Of a stretch of 64,000 nucleotides of DNA, positions 63,747 through 64,000 are shown piece by piece (the first letter of the stretch is position 1; every line of letters begins with the position of its first letter). Origin of the DNA: a virus; the IMG/VR virus record IMGVR_UViG_3300028800_000002, positions 96,001 to 160,000 of that record; one strand, written 5' to 3'. A program made the position numbers and the translations under genes. A model generated the notes under the pieces. The model searched no databases, was not told where the DNA came from, and was given only the letters and a program-made list of their open reading frames with translations.

Positions 63747-63986
63747 ATGAGTTCTCCGTCAATGTACCCAGGTTTCATGGACGAATTACAAAAGATCGGG
63801 GCAGGTAAGGGGGTGAGTACTTTGCTGTCGAACCTGGCAGAGCGACAGGGGTTCCGACCCTCGATGTTCCCGAGTATCAAGCAGGTTGGGCATGTAGCCA
63901 CCAGAGACCGCGGGCGCGCGGCGGAGATAGCGAGCAACATCAGGACGCACTTGAAGTCAGCTAAGCCTCAAGACGCGGCGGCGTAG
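63747..63986 (+). CDS. Small putative internal head protein with N-terminal FxDELxKxG motif
   Basis: YPGFMDELQKIGA. Confidence 0.65.
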   Translation: MSSPSMYPGFMDELQKIGAGKGVSTLLSNLAERQGFRPSMFPSIKQVGHVATRDRGRAAEIASNIRTHLKSAKPQDAAA

Positions 63987-64000
63987 TCATGAGTGAGTTC

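Noticed and set aside
1-64000. CRISPR arrays, tRNA genes, introns/inteins, transposases or integrase
   Set aside because: No regularly spaced repeats, no cloverleaf with a T-loop in intergenic space, TerL/MCP/protease frames uninterrupted, and no recombinase motifs seen; a tRNAscan/Infernal run would be needed to exclude divergent RNAs

Overview
A 64 kb slice of a large (jumbo-type) contractile-tailed dsDNA phage genome, about 57% GC by eye, standard genetic code. It opens with the 3' end of a multisubunit RNA polymerase beta-prime gene, translationally coupled to the baseplate spike gene. Next come the terminase large subunit, a head module (prohead protease, scaffold-like proteins, decoration protein, major capsid protein, many putative internal head proteins), neck proteins, tail sheath and tail tube. 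A roughly 20 kb accessory block follows (DNA methyltransferase, H1-like protein, dNMP kinase, GroES, permuted NlpC/P60 amidase, RHH, GNAT, many small Cys-rich proteins) and contains the tail assembly chaperone with a -1 frameshift. The window ends with the tape measure, tube-initiator and baseplate hub genes. No portal, tRNA, CRISPR array or integrase was recognised. The most notable unexplained structure: (1) a K-x-A-(S/A/G) motif saturating head-module proteins and delimiting swappable glycine-zipper cassettes, suggesting a protease-processed polyprotein cargo system; (2) two promoter classes, a fixed-spacing bipartite motif (G-N-AA-W-W..N..GG-N-ATAA-G/T, 7 copies, all minus strand) and an extended -10 lying 6-7 nt before start codons (leaderless mRNAs); (3) two predicted structured small RNAs, one displaying anti-Shine-Dalgarno sequences. 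All functional calls rest on motif recognition by eye; no database search was run.
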